Positions 1 through 9,464 of a DNA stretch of 32,000 bases are shown here, piece by piece. Every line of letters begins with the position of its first letter. Position 1 is the stretch's first letter. The translations under genes were made by a program, and so were the position numbers. Source of the stretch: Ignicoccus islandicus DSM 13165 (GTDB lineage Archaea; Thermoproteota; Thermoprotei_A; Sulfolobales; Ignicoccaceae); the NCBI RefSeq assembly GCF_001481685.1, contig NZ_CP006867.1, positions 1,110,001 to 1,142,000 on the forward strand, read 5' to 3'. The notes beneath the pieces were generated by a model. That model saw only the letters and a list, made by a program, of their open reading frames with translations. It searched no databases and was not told the origin of the DNA.

Positions 1-455
1 TTAACTTCTTGGTAATCGCTCAATCCGTCTCCGTCCGTGTCTTGGCTCAAGGGATTGGTATGATAGACGAAGAGCTCTTCGTAGTCAGTTAGACCATCGC
101 TATCGGTATCTGGGTTTATGGGACTCGTGTGGTAAACCTTTACTTCCTCGTAATCGCTTAGACCGTCTCCATCCGTGTCCTTCTTCAACGGGCTCGTGCC
201 GAAGACGATCAATTCGTTGTAATCGCTTAGCCCATCCCCGTCCGTGTCCTTACTTAAGGGGTTGGTTCCGTAGACCTTTATCTCCTCGTAGTCCGTTAGA
301 CCGTCCTCGTCGCTGTCCTTCATGAGTGGATTGGTGTGGTAAACCTTGACTTCTTGGTAATCAGTTAGACCGTCCTTATCAGTATCGTTGCTGAGCGGGT
401 TAGTGCCATATATTTTGACTTCGTCGAAAGCGTTCAAGCCGTCCTTATCGGGGTC
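1..455 (-). repeat. Seven tandem 66-bp (22-aa) coding repeats, consensus DTDGDGLSDYEEVKVYGTNPLSK
   Basis: DPDKDGLN / DTDKDGLT / DSDEDGLT / DTDGDGLS / DTDGDGLS / DTDSDGLT / DTDGDGLS, spaced 22 aa apart. Confidence 0.9.
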
Positions 456-1190
456 AGTTAGACTTACGTTAAGGAAAAGCGCTGCTCCAGAAAGGTCCTT
501 CGAGAGAAGTATTACGGCGCTGTCTACGTCTTTCGTGACCCAGTATAGTTTCACCGTTACGTTCCCTTTAGTTACGTTAATGTCGTAAACGCGCTTGCTT
601 AACGGGAAGGCAATTTGCTTCGGACTAATTCCAGCGATTTCGCCGTTCTTTACTACTATGGTAAATAACTTGGGATAGTCGGAAGTCTTAACGTTAAATG
701 TTAGCAGTAATTTGCCTATGGATGCATATAGGTTCTCTAGAACGTCCCTGAGGTTATTCTCGAAACTGAGTCTAACTGTGGTCGAATTAGTTACGAAGGA
801 GCATTTCTCTATAGGAACACTTAACTCATTCGTTTGGACGTTCAAAGCCACGTTAAATGTACTGACCGTCTTATTGGCCGCGTTCCTAAGTTCTATCTTC
901 AAGGCATTACATGGGAATGTGTAGTTGAGTTCCTTCAGTGGTATCTCTAGTTTAATTAAGGTTGAGACGTGATTCAAGGGTACGTAGTATTCCTCGGAAG
1001 TTATACCGCAAGCATCGACCACAACCTTCATGGTAGCAGCGTTCTCTAGGGTTAGAGGTACTGCTACGAACGGCTTCGGGTAATCCTTGGAAATCTCGCA
1101 GATTATAGCGTTAGGTGCGTTTATAGTTGGAAGTTGCATAGCGACGGAGGCAAATATCAGTGCCGAAATTACGAAGACCGTTTTCTTCAA
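1..1190 (-). CDS. Secreted protein with tandem Ca-binding (thrombospondin type-3-like) DxDxDGLxDYxE repeats; C-terminus runs off the window
   Basis: Manual translation of the minus strand from TTG at 1190 gives a hydrophobic N-terminus (MKKTVFVISALIFASVA...). From about 455 down to 1 there are seven 22-aa units such as DTDGDGLSDYEEVKVYHTSPINP. The ORF is open at the window edge and absent from the ORF track. Confidence 0.85.
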   Translation of the reverse strand, partial: MKKTVFVISALIFASVAMQLPTINAPNAIICEISKDYPKPFVAVPLTLENAATMKVVVDACGITSEEYYVPLNHVSTLIKLEIPLKELNYTFPCNALKIELRNAANKTVSTFNVALNVQTNELSVPIEKCSFVTNSTTVRLSFENNLRDVLENLYASIGKLLLTFNVKTSDYPKLFTIVVKNGEIAGISPKQIAFPLSKRVYDINVTKGNVTVKLYWVTKDVDSAVILLSKDLSGAALFLNVSLTDPDKDGLNAFDEVKIYGTNPLSNDTDKDGLTDYQEVKVYHTNPLMKDSDEDGLTDYEEIKVYGTNPLSKDTDGDGLSDYNELIVFGTSPLKKDTDGDGLSDYEEVKVYHTSPINPDTDSDGLTDYEELFVYHTNPLSQDTDGDGLSDYQEV

Positions 1191-1266
1191 AGCAATTATC
1201 CCGTGAAAAAGAACCAGAGGACTATATTTTTCCTTATCCTCCTTACCGAGTATAACGAGTTTTAAT

Positions 1267-1905
1267 TCAAGCTATTTTGAAGGTTAGACCCTTTACCTCA
1301 TCTAGGGTATGTCTCTCAAACTTTATGCCGCCTTCGGTAATTATAGCCACGTCTATGCCTTCTCCCGAAGCAGTGTCTCTCTGGGTAGCGGCGTAGACTG
1401 CCTTGAGAGCTAACTTAACAGCTTCCTCTACCTCCATGTCTTCTCTATATTCAGCTTCTAAGACGCCTACTGCCATAGGCGATCCCGAGCCCGTTACGAG
1501 GAACTTCTCTTCTGCAACTGTTCCGAACCAATCCAAACTGAAGAGTCTCGGTGCCGTGTCGTAACCTCCTAATAGGAACTGAACTATGTATGGGTAATAC
1601 CTAGACGCTCCAAACAATATGTTGGAAAGGAAGGTGGCAGCTGCCCTTACGCTCATCCTTTTTCCGACGCTTAACTCATATCTCTTTACTTCGTTCCTCA
1701 GTACTTCGGCTAACATCTGAGCGTCTGCAACTAGGCCGGCCGTAGTTAAGGCCATGTAATCGGAAATCTTTATTATTTTTACCACGTTCTTGTGTACAAT
1801 CATGTTTCCAGCAGTAGCCCTCTTATCTGCCGCTAGAATTACTGCGTTTGAAGTCCTTATACCAACGGTAGTTGTGCCCTTGATTGGTTTAGGTTTATAG
1901 TCCAT
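1267..1905 (-). CDS. psmB: Proteasome beta subunit
   Basis: MDYKPKPIKG|TTTVGIRTSNAVILAADKRATAG: short propeptide, catalytic Thr after Gly, conserved AADKRA; GSPMAVGVLE and GEGIDVAII. Confidence 0.96.
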   Translation of the reverse strand: MDYKPKPIKGTTTVGIRTSNAVILAADKRATAGNMIVHKNVVKIIKISDYMALTTAGLVADAQMLAEVLRNEVKRYELSVGKRMSVRAAATFLSNILFGASRYYPYIVQFLLGGYDTAPRLFSLDWFGTVAEEKFLVTGSGSPMAVGVLEAEYREDMEVEEAVKLALKAVYAATQRDTASGEGIDVAIITEGGIKFERHTLDEVKGLTFKIA

Positions 1906-1951
1906 TTTCTTATCCCTATGAGCTTGGCACTGTGGAAGGCAAAAAAACCGT

Positions 1952-2140
1952 TTACCTAAGCCTCTGCCTAGTCCAAGATTTCTTGTTCTGCCAACTGTAC
2001 CTTCTCATTCTCTTAGACCTACCGTAACCGCAAGCAACGCAGTAGCCCTTACTTACGTTGAATGAATGTCTTCCACATCTTCTACATCTTATATGGGTCT
2101 TGTTTTTGTTCATTTTACCGAACGAAGGCGTACCCTTCAC
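1952..2140 (-). CDS. rpl37e: Ribosomal protein L37e (eL37)
   Basis: [37 protein letters not shown]: two CxxC motifs typical of L37e; lies next to the Sm-like gene. Confidence 0.95.
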   Translation of the reverse strand: MKGTPSFGKMNKNKTHIRCRRCGRHSFNVSKGYCVACGYGRSKRMRRYSWQNKKSWTRQRLR

Positions 2141-2154
2141 TTCTACTCACCACC

Positions 2155-2382
2155 TTAGCCGTTGAGTACAGGAGATACAAATACTACGCTATCTCCTCTA
2201 ATTAGAATTTTACCTAAAGGCTTACTTCCGTTCTCCTTAACCTCCTCGGCGTCTTCTAGTACTATGTTTAAGTGCATATCAAAGGTCCTTAACTTACCTC
2301 TAACGACTCCAGACCTTAGCTTTATCAGTACGATTGATCCCAAGGCGTCCGCTAAGAGCTTATGAGCGGTGCTCATTCTCAC
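2155..2382 (-). CDS. Sm-like archaeal RNA-binding protein (LSm)
   Basis: KLLADALGSIVLIKLRSGVVRGKLRTFDMHLNIVLEDAEE...LGKILIRGDSVVFVSP matches the Sm1/Sm2 motifs; 14 bp upstream of rpl37e, a conserved archaeal gene pair. Confidence 0.94.
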   Translation of the reverse strand: MRMSTAHKLLADALGSIVLIKLRSGVVRGKLRTFDMHLNIVLEDAEEVKENGSKPLGKILIRGDSVVFVSPVLNG

Positions 2383-2419
2383 GTACCCAGCCTTGCCCTC
2401 ACTTTAAAGTTATAAATAG

Positions 2420-4648
2420 TTAATTTGGCGCGAGTTCGCCTAGGCCTCCGCCCTTCAAGTTTTCCTTGGCTAACTCCCTCTTAACCTCCCTTAGTTTCCT
2501 TACTTGGACTATTTCCCACTTAGGTTCCAATTTGTAAAGTTCCAATCTGGCTAACCCTTGCCTATAGAATATTCCCCCTAAGTCGTGGTCTATGTCCCAA
2601 ACGTCTACCACTAACCCCTTCTTCTTTCCGGGATAAGGTCTGGTCACTCTTCCTATTCTCTGCAACGTTCGGGTTTGAGACCTGCCGCCGGCAGCCAATA
2701 TTAATGTCCTCAACGGAGGTATGTCCAGGCCTTCGTCTGCTAGAGTGGTGGCTATCAGAACGTCGAGTTTCTCTTCTTTTACCAATCTCAACGCAGTGCT
2801 CCTTTGGGCGGAGCTCTCCTTTCCAGTTAGTACCATTGAGCTCATTCCCTTTGACTTAATTGCGCTATATATTTCGTTAGCGTGCTTTATCTCTTTTGTT
2901 AGCACTAGAACAGGTTTGGGTGCCGAGAGCGCTATTTCGGCTATTTCCTCGTTCCTCTTCTCATTATAGAATACATAGTTTTTCAATTTAGCGTACTTCC
3001 TAGCCCCGCTGAGCCCTTGCAGTTCCGATAACGCCTCTTTCGGTATCTCGAGCTGTCTCCTCCACATTATTATCTTTACGGGAACTAAGTAGCCTTTTTC
3101 TATGAGTTCACTCGACGTAATCTTCCTTTCAGCGACGTCTCCAACTAAAGCGTAGATCAACACGTCCCTTCCATCGTCTCGCCAAGGAGTGGCAGAGAGA
3201 CCCAAGCGAAGGGAGCTCTTATTATAACTCAAGACCTCGCTTACCGTTCTAGCTGGAACGTGTTGCACCTCGTCCACTATTACTAGTCCGGCCTTCTCGT
3301 ATTCGCTTACTAACTTCGACGCTTTTTCAGTGCCCAGTTCAACCCAGTCGATCAAGATCTCCTCTGCTACTTCTTTCTCCTTAATGGATCTAACTTTACC
3401 TAACTTCTCTAGGGATTTATAGAGCGTCTGAACGGTACAAGCAACGATAGGCTTTTCCACATCGAAATTCTCCGAATCAACTAACCCGGCTTCGAGTCCA
3501 TACTTTTTGAACCTTTCAACTGCTTGAATGTTTAGGGTTCTGTTAAGACTTAGGAAGAATACCTTCCCTGTAACTCCCCTTTCAAGTAACTCCTTCGCTA
3601 CTGCGACCGCCATCTCGGTTTTTCCCGCACCCGTCGCTGCTTGTATAGTGGCTGCCCCTTGCAACCTTAACAGCTTAAGCGCTGAATTCACGGCTTCCCT
3701 TTGATAGTCTCTCAAGAACTCTTGTTTAGTTTCCTCTGGAACTTCAGGAGCGTATCTAATTCCGTAGTCCTTTCCAAGAATTTTCAATACTCTGGACAGA
3801 AGTCCTCTGTAGGTCTCGATAGTGCCGTCGCTCGTATCTATTTCGTAAAGTCTCTTAGTTACGCCCCTTAGTTCCAATTCGTCTCCTACTTGAACCCACT
3901 TGTATTCACAGTAACTGAGACCGCGTTCCCTCCTAAGTTTCTCTAAAGTCGGATTTCTTATTTCGCATTCCTCTAACGGTTCTATTTCGCTCAAGAACTT
4001 CGGTATTTCCTCAATATCAAGCTTGACTACAACCTTATCTCCCTTGAATATTATCTTTCTTTCTTGACCAACCGCTTTTTCAAGAGCTTTGGCAGCAACG
4101 AGTGCCCTAGTTTCCATAGCGTTCCTGAAGATTACTTCAACCACTTCCTTCGGTAAGGGATTATCTGGAGCAACGCAAAACCTTCCATTCTCATATCTCA
4201 TGTACTTCGCAAGTTTCTTGAAGTCCTCGCCATCGAGTTTGCGCAACTTGAAACATAGCTCCCCTTGGACCTCATTCGAAAGTTCGTCTATGTACATATC
4301 TATGTAGCTTAAAGCGTCAACTACAGATTCTCTATTTAGAACTACTTCGAACCTAGACTCCTCATCTCTATACTCTATTCCTATGCCCATTTCGGAGAGT
4401 TCTTCGAGGAGTCCTATTACGTTCTCCGCTTCCGGTAAGCGAAATTGCGGTTTCAAGTACCAATTCTTCGACTCTCTGTCCCAGTTGGCCTTCAATTCCC
4501 TCATTATTTCTAACTGCCTTTTGAACTCTGAGTCCGTTAGCGATCGTTTCTTAATGAAAACTAGCTTTGGATTCTTGGCACCTAATCGCTCAAGTAGTTC
4601 CTCGTCGAATAATAGCGTTGCCACTGCTAATACGTTTGGGTCGGTCAT
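2420..4648 (-). CDS. SF2 DNA helicase, XPB-like (COG1061-type), with a long N-terminal region
   Basis: Walker A QAATGAGKT, Walker B variant VIVDEVQHVP, motif III GLSATPWRDD, motif VI QRIGRVTRPYPGKKKG. Confidence 0.85.
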   Translation of the reverse strand: MTDPNVLAVATLLFDEELLERLGAKNPKLVFIKKRSLTDSEFKRQLEIMRELKANWDRESKNWYLKPQFRLPEAENVIGLLEELSEMGIGIEYRDEESRFEVVLNRESVVDALSYIDMYIDELSNEVQGELCFKLRKLDGEDFKKLAKYMRYENGRFCVAPDNPLPKEVVEVIFRNAMETRALVAAKALEKAVGQERKIIFKGDKVVVKLDIEEIPKFLSEIEPLEECEIRNPTLEKLRRERGLSYCEYKWVQVGDELELRGVTKRLYEIDTSDGTIETYRGLLSRVLKILGKDYGIRYAPEVPEETKQEFLRDYQREAVNSALKLLRLQGAATIQAATGAGKTEMAVAVAKELLERGVTGKVFFLSLNRTLNIQAVERFKKYGLEAGLVDSENFDVEKPIVACTVQTLYKSLEKLGKVRSIKEKEVAEEILIDWVELGTEKASKLVSEYEKAGLVIVDEVQHVPARTVSEVLSYNKSSLRLGLSATPWRDDGRDVLIYALVGDVAERKITSSELIEKGYLVPVKIIMWRRQLEIPKEALSELQGLSGARKYAKLKNYVFYNEKRNEEIAEIALSAPKPVLVLTKEIKHANEIYSAIKSKGMSSMVLTGKESSAQRSTALRLVKEEKLDVLIATTLADEGLDIPPLRTLILAAGGRSQTRTLQRIGRVTRPYPGKKKGLVVDVWDIDHDLGGIFYRQGLARLELYKLEPKWEIVQVRKLREVKRELAKENLKGGGLGELAPN

Positions 4649-4759
4649 TTTCGTTAGGTACCGCTCTTGCTTTAACGGATCAGCTTTATCAATGAATTAG
4701 CGAACGGTCCTTCCTAGCGAATGACTTATAATCTTCAATGCTTGCCACCTAAACCGGGT

Positions 4760-4863
4760 GCCGCCGTAGCTCAGCCGGGCAGAGCGCCGGGCCCATATGG
4801 CACCGGAGAGAACCGATCTGGGAAACCCGGTGGCCCGGGGTTCAAATCCCCGCGGCGGCACCA
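4760..4863 (+). tRNA. tRNA-Met(CAT), probably elongator, with a 27-nt canonical-position intron and encoded CCA
   Basis: Acceptor stem GCCGCCG/CGGCGGC; D arm GCTC...GAGC; anticodon stem CCGGG/CCCGG; T arm CGGGG TTCAAAT CCCCG; discriminator A plus CCA. The intron 4798-4824 fits a bulge-helix-bulge: central helix CCCA/TGGG with 3-nt bulges TAT and AAA. Spliced loop is CCCATAA. Confidence 0.93.
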
Positions 4864-4886
4864 CGTTTCCCACAGAGGGTAAAACG

Positions 4887-5537
4887 ATGGCGACCTTGAC
4901 CGTTTTAGTAGATAACGAAGCAGAGAAACCGCTGAAAGAGGCATGGGGTCTCTCAATCCTCGTTGAGATAGGTAACTTAAAGGTTCTATGGGATACCGGT
5001 CCTGATCCTAAGGTATTGAAGTACAACGCGTCCGTTCTAGGCAAAGACCTAACGGTTGACTACTTGGTTCTAAGTCACAGGCATTGGGATCACGTTGGAG
5101 GCATCAGCGTAGTGAATTACGGAAAGGCAATAGTCCCGAGCGATCCTTTATTTCCCGAGGTACCTAGGAGCGAGGTGAACGATAAAGTAACGAAACTCGC
5201 GCCTAACGTCATCATTACGAGACCATTAAAGGATTTCGATATATGGGAACAAGGATTGGTAGTCATTGGAGAGAAACGTTCAGCTCTACTCGTTGGATGC
5301 AGCCATCCCGGCGTCACCAACATCTACAAATCTGTTATAGAGGACATCGGAATGAGACCGGAAGTGGTAATTGGAGGTTTTCACCTCTATGGGTTACCCA
5401 GGAAGGAAGTAGAAAGAACTTTAGCGAAGCTTAAGGAATTGGGCGCTAAGGAAATACACCCTATCCATTGTTCCGGGAATTACGCTAAACAACTGGCTAA
5501 GGTTAGAACTAAAGCTGGTAGCGTCTTGAGGCTATAG
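4887..5537 (+). CDS. Metallo-beta-lactamase-fold hydrolase (COG1237-like)
   Basis: VLSHRHWDHVGG metal-binding motif and a later HCSG/GCSHPG. Start reassigned to ATG 4887 (MATLTVLVDNEAEK), since the track start at 4797 lies inside the tRNA; a purine-rich GAGGG lies just upstream. Confidence 0.85.
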   Translation: MATLTVLVDNEAEKPLKEAWGLSILVEIGNLKVLWDTGPDPKVLKYNASVLGKDLTVDYLVLSHRHWDHVGGISVVNYGKAIVPSDPLFPEVPRSEVNDKVTKLAPNVIITRPLKDFDIWEQGLVVIGEKRSALLVGCSHPGVTNIYKSVIEDIGMRPEVVIGGFHLYGLPRKEVERTLAKLKELGAKEIHPIHCSGNYAKQLAKVRTKAGSVLRL

Positions 5538-5539
5538 GT

Positions 5540-6520
5540 ATGTTAAGAGAGCTTAAGGAGGCTCTGGAAAGGCTCAAGATTACAAATAGGGATAAGGTCC
5601 TAGCTAAGAGGTACGGTTACTTACCTTATATGATAGCTAGATATAGGGAGATGTTAGGTAACCCCGTTCCCTTGTTAAAAGCATTTGAGGAGGAACCTCC
5701 CAATACCATCTTCTGTAACCCAATAAAGGGAAGTTGCAACGAGCTGGTAAAGCGCTTAGAGAAAAGGGGTTTCAAGTTTGAAAAAGTGCCTTGGAGCCCG
5801 TATTGCTTCGAAGCGTCCAAGGAGCCTTACTCCCTTTCATCAACGCCGGAACACTTAGCTGGCTGGTTTTATATACTAGATAAGGCCAGTTGCTTGCCTC
5901 CAATAGTTCTTGATCCTAAGGGAAGAGACAGGGTAGCTGATATGGCAGCCGCACCGGGAGGGAAGACCGTTCAGTTATCCGTCATGATGGGCTTACGTGG
6001 ATACTTGGTGTCTATCGAGAGGAACCCTAAGAGGGCCAAAGCACTCATTTCGAACATTGAAAGGATGGGGCTTCTAAACGTGAAAGTGATAATAGACGAC
6101 GCTTCCAATGCATCGAAGTACGGTCCCTTTGAGAAAGTCCTCTTAGACGCTCCATGTACTGGTGAAGGGGTAATAGGGAGAGACCGGAGTCGGAAGAGGT
6201 CAAAGGGAATAGACGATTTGTTGCTTATGCACAAAGTTCAAGTATTTCTATTAAATAGAGCAATTGATTCCCTAAAAGTGGGTGGCGAAGTAGTTTACAG
6301 TACTTGTTCAATAGCACCGGAAGAAGACGAGGCCGTAATTGCTTCAATTCTAGAAAAGAGGGGGGACGTGGAGGTAACGGATAGCGGTGAGGCGGGAAGT
6401 CCGGGAATAAGTGAATACCTAAATTTGAAATTCCCTTTTGCAAGCAAGTGTAGGAGGCTATGGCCTCACGTCCATGGGAGCGAAGGCTTCTTCGTTTGCA
6501 AGCTTAAGAGGGTTGGTTGA
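5540..6520 (+). CDS. RNA m5C methyltransferase, NOL1/NOP2/sun (RsmB/NSUN) family
   Basis: DMAAAPGGKTVQLS, LLDAPCTGEGVI and YSTCSIAPEEDE (PCxG and TC catalytic cysteine motifs). Confidence 0.92.
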   Translation: MLRELKEALERLKITNRDKVLAKRYGYLPYMIARYREMLGNPVPLLKAFEEEPPNTIFCNPIKGSCNELVKRLEKRGFKFEKVPWSPYCFEASKEPYSLSSTPEHLAGWFYILDKASCLPPIVLDPKGRDRVADMAAAPGGKTVQLSVMMGLRGYLVSIERNPKRAKALISNIERMGLLNVKVIIDDASNASKYGPFEKVLLDAPCTGEGVIGRDRSRKRSKGIDDLLLMHKVQVFLLNRAIDSLKVGGEVVYSTCSIAPEEDEAVIASILEKRGDVEVTDSGEAGSPGISEYLNLKFPFASKCRRLWPHVHGSEGFFVCKLKRVG

Positions 6521-7550
6521 ACTTCTCATCGAGTTCCTTAGCCACCTCAATGAACGTCTTCCTAGAGAGCTTCGAGTACTTGTTCCTTTGGATCTCCTCT
6601 ATCACTCCCCTTAACTCGCTGAGTCTCTCGACCACCTCCATCGTTTTCTTTAATGAGTGAGTAACGTAGTCCTTGTAGTTGACCCCGAGCTCCCTAGAGA
6701 GCCTCTCCATGGTTTCTTGAAGGGTCATTAAGGCGAAGTGATGGGGAACTTGAGTTATCGCCATGGCCTTTTCGTGCTCCTCCAAGGTACTAATCACAAC
6801 TCTTAAGCCCATGGCCGTTAGCACGGAGTTCAGTTTACCTATCCAGTAATCATAGCTCTTTAATGGAATGATCACAATTGTTTCGCCGACTGGGTTAACG
6901 TCGGGACCGAAGAGGGGGTGTAGGCTTACGTACTCTATATACTCTGGAAGCTCTTCCAAGATCTTATCGACTATTCCAAGCTTAATAGAGAGGATGTCAC
7001 TCAACAGACTGCCTGAACGCATGTACTTAGTTAAGCTCCTCGCGACCTCTAAGGTGGCCTCTGGAGGGGTGGTTAGTATTAACCACTCTACTTCGCGGGC
7101 CACTTCCTCAGGCTCCTTTACGTCTACCTTGAGCCTTTCCGCCAACTCCTTCGCCTTATCCATATTCCTTCCAGTAATTACCACGTTGTGACCGGCCCTA
7201 GAGAAGAGGGCCGCTAGGGTTCTAGCCATACCTCCGTAACCGTATATACCAACGTACAATTTCTCATTTGCATATAATTGAACGCTTCGGGACATCGTGA
7301 GTATTACGTTATATATATCTTCAACGTACCTCCAATCGAGGCCCATCTCAGCTGCCCAAATGCTTCTGCTTTTCAGTACTTCCTCCTCCCTCTCCTCATC
7401 GACTACCGGTAAGTTCAAGCTCTTCTTTATATTCGTTATTTCGCTTACGGTTTCAATCCTTTTCTTTAGAAGTTCTAGTATTTCCCTATCTATTTTATCC
7501 AATTCTCTTCTCTTAACCTTAAGGTATTCGTATGGATTAGTGGGCCTCAT
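6504..7550 (-). CDS. tyrA: Bifunctional chorismate mutase (AroQ) / prephenate dehydrogenase (TyrA)
   Basis: N-terminal AroQ helix RRELDKIDREILELLKKRIETVSEITNIKKS, then Rossmann GIYGYGGMARTLAALFSRAGHNVVITGR and HPLFGPD. Confidence 0.88.
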   Translation of the reverse strand: MRPTNPYEYLKVKRRELDKIDREILELLKKRIETVSEITNIKKSLNLPVVDEEREEEVLKSRSIWAAEMGLDWRYVEDIYNVILTMSRSVQLYANEKLYVGIYGYGGMARTLAALFSRAGHNVVITGRNMDKAKELAERLKVDVKEPEEVAREVEWLILTTPPEATLEVARSLTKYMRSGSLLSDILSIKLGIVDKILEELPEYIEYVSLHPLFGPDVNPVGETIVIIPLKSYDYWIGKLNSVLTAMGLRVVISTLEEHEKAMAITQVPHHFALMTLQETMERLSRELGVNYKDYVTHSLKKTMEVVERLSELRGVIEEIQRNKYSKLSRKTFIEVAKELDEKFNQPS

Positions 7551-8512
7551 AGTTTCGTCCTCCTTTCTAATCTTTTCACGGCGTTAATAATGGATGTACT
7601 ATCCAACCCCTGAGCTATTATGAGTTGCCTCACGTCCCTAGCTGATCTGCCGTATCCCCTTGCACCCATTATTTCCATTGGAGGTGGGGGCGAAGTAGAA
7701 GTTGAGTGTTGCAACAAGAACTCGGCCACTGCTGAACCTAAACCGCCTCTTACGGAGTGTTCCTCAATAGTTACTATACCGTTGAAGTTGAACAGTTTCG
7801 TTAACGTTTGAGTGTCCAATGGCTTTACGGTGTGCATGTTGATAACCGCTACGCTAATTCCGTTTTCCCTCAAGTGATCGGCGGCTTTGAGCGCGTCCCA
7901 TAGAAGTGGGCCGTTGCCGACTATTACGTAATCGTGACCGTCTCTTAACCACTCGGCCTTACCTATCTCGAATTCATAATCCTCCTTGTGTATTGTTGGT
8001 CCGTAGTCTCTCCCTATCCTCATGTAAACGGGGGTAGGGTAATCGAGAATGGCCTTAGTTGCCTTGTAAACCTCTAGTGGGTCCGCGGGAACTACTACTG
8101 TCATACACGGTAAAGTCCTCATCAACGCTACGTCTTCTAAACACTGGTGACTAGAACCATCCCCAGCATCAGAGAAGCCCGCATGAGTGGCTACGACCTT
8201 TACGTTCACGTGCGCTCTGCATATCATGTTCCTCATCTGCTCCCATGCTCTCATTAGGAACATGGCGAAGGCGCTAGCGAGAGGTAGGAAGCCCACAGCC
8301 GAGAGCCCCGCGCTCATACCGATCATTGCTTGTTCCGATATGCCGACGTTGATGAAGCGATCAGGGAACTTCTCAGCGAACCACTTGGTTCTGGTCGCAT
8401 CGGCTACGTCGGCAGTTAAGACGACTAAATCCTTCCTCTTCTCTCCCTCCTCTACTAACGACTTACCGAAAGCGTCCCTAGGTGATCTCAAATTTTCCCA
8501 CCGCAATCCCAC
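7547..8512 (-). CDS. Transketolase, C-terminal (pyrimidine-binding plus C-terminal domain) subunit
   Basis: VVLTADVADATRTKWFAEKFPDRFINVGISEQAMIGMSAGLSAVGFLPLASAFAMFLMRAWEQMRNMICRAHVNVKVVATHAGFSDAGDGSSHQ. Overlaps tyrA by 4 bp. Confidence 0.93.
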   Translation of the reverse strand: MGLRWENLRSPRDAFGKSLVEEGEKRKDLVVLTADVADATRTKWFAEKFPDRFINVGISEQAMIGMSAGLSAVGFLPLASAFAMFLMRAWEQMRNMICRAHVNVKVVATHAGFSDAGDGSSHQCLEDVALMRTLPCMTVVVPADPLEVYKATKAILDYPTPVYMRIGRDYGPTIHKEDYEFEIGKAEWLRDGHDYVIVGNGPLLWDALKAADHLRENGISVAVINMHTVKPLDTQTLTKLFNFNGIVTIEEHSVRGGLGSAVAEFLLQHSTSTSPPPPMEIMGARGYGRSARDVRQLIIAQGLDSTSIINAVKRLERRTKL

Positions 8513-8651
8513 AAAATGAACAGATTATAAGGTATGTCGGTGAGGTCCCTACTCGTCACCCTTCAGCGCAAATAGCCTTCCTCATCCACTAGTTTCAATG
8601 CCCCCTTACACAATTTATAAAGCTCTCAATTCCGAGGCATCGTGATGTTCT

Positions 8652-9464
8652 TTGAAAGTCTTGATAGTGTTCCCTCAAAGGAGGCCGCCACCGAGCGCAA
8701 TAGAGCTCCGAAGCAAGTTCTTAGAGTATGGAATAGATCCCTTGCTTTACCGCTTCGACGACTTCGACTGCTATTCAATTGAACGATTCGACCTAATTCT
8801 CCTAAGAGGAGCACGATACGATTACAGCTCAATTAGGCTACAAGCAATAGCTACTTGTCTGGACGAGAGACTCACAATAAACCCACTTAAGTCCATGATA
8901 CTAGCTAGAGATAAATATACCTCAATAAAGGTACTTGAGAGAAACGGATTACCCGTTCCAGCAACCTTCTTCGTTAGGAACAAAGGCGATCTACTGAAGA
9001 GGCTTTCTACTTTGGGGAAGGGCGTCCTAAAGCCCGTTTCAGGGAGCCTGGGATTTGGAGTTACGCCAATTACGGAGGACGGAATATTCTACCTCCAGAC
9101 GCCCTATCCCCTAGACTCCGTTTTTCAAGAAGAGTTGGAGAAGGCCAGGGACGTTAGGGTCCTAGCTACTAGGGAAGGCGTCGTAGCGGCCATGTACAGA
9201 ATATCTTACGATGCGTTCGCCACGAATTACCACGTCTCTAAGAACGCTGACCCTGCTCCGAAAGACCTATATGAAGAGATAGCTGTGAAGGCGCTCGAGG
9301 CGTTAGGCTTGTATTATGGCGGCGTGGACTTGATTGAAACGCCTGAAGGCGTGAAAATAATAGAAGTTAATCCCTCGCCCCTATGGAACGGACTTAGCGA
9401 AGTAACGGGCGTGGACGTAGCAAAGGAACTGGTTAAGTACTTCTTAAAGGTCGCGAGGGGATGA
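8652..9464 (+). CDS. RimK-like ATP-grasp ligase
   Basis: DKYTSIKVLERNGLPVPATFFV, GKGVLKPVSGSLGFGV, GGVDLIETPEGVKIIEVNPSPLWNGLSEVTGVDVAKELV. Confidence 0.82.
   Translation: MKVLIVFPQRRPPPSAIELRSKFLEYGIDPLLYRFDDFDCYSIERFDLILLRGARYDYSSIRLQAIATCLDERLTINPLKSMILARDKYTSIKVLERNGLPVPATFFVRNKGDLLKRLSTLGKGVLKPVSGSLGFGVTPITEDGIFYLQTPYPLDSVFQEELEKARDVRVLATREGVVAAMYRISYDAFATNYHVSKNADPAPKDLYEEIAVKALEALGLYYGGVDLIETPEGVKIIEVNPSPLWNGLSEVTGVDVAKELVKYFLKVARG

Noticed and set aside
2420-4648. XPB-like helicase as part of a defence island
   Set aside because: Motifs and context (rpl37e, lsm, proteasome) fit a housekeeping archaeal XPB-like repair/transcription helicase; no nuclease or defence partners are adjacent.
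4797-4886. Track start for the MBL-fold protein and the overlapping minus-strand ORFs 4697..5044 and 4771..4956
   Set aside because: This sequence is the tRNA-Met gene. The real MBL start is most likely ATG 4887, and the overlapping ORFs are artefacts of GC-rich tRNA sequence.
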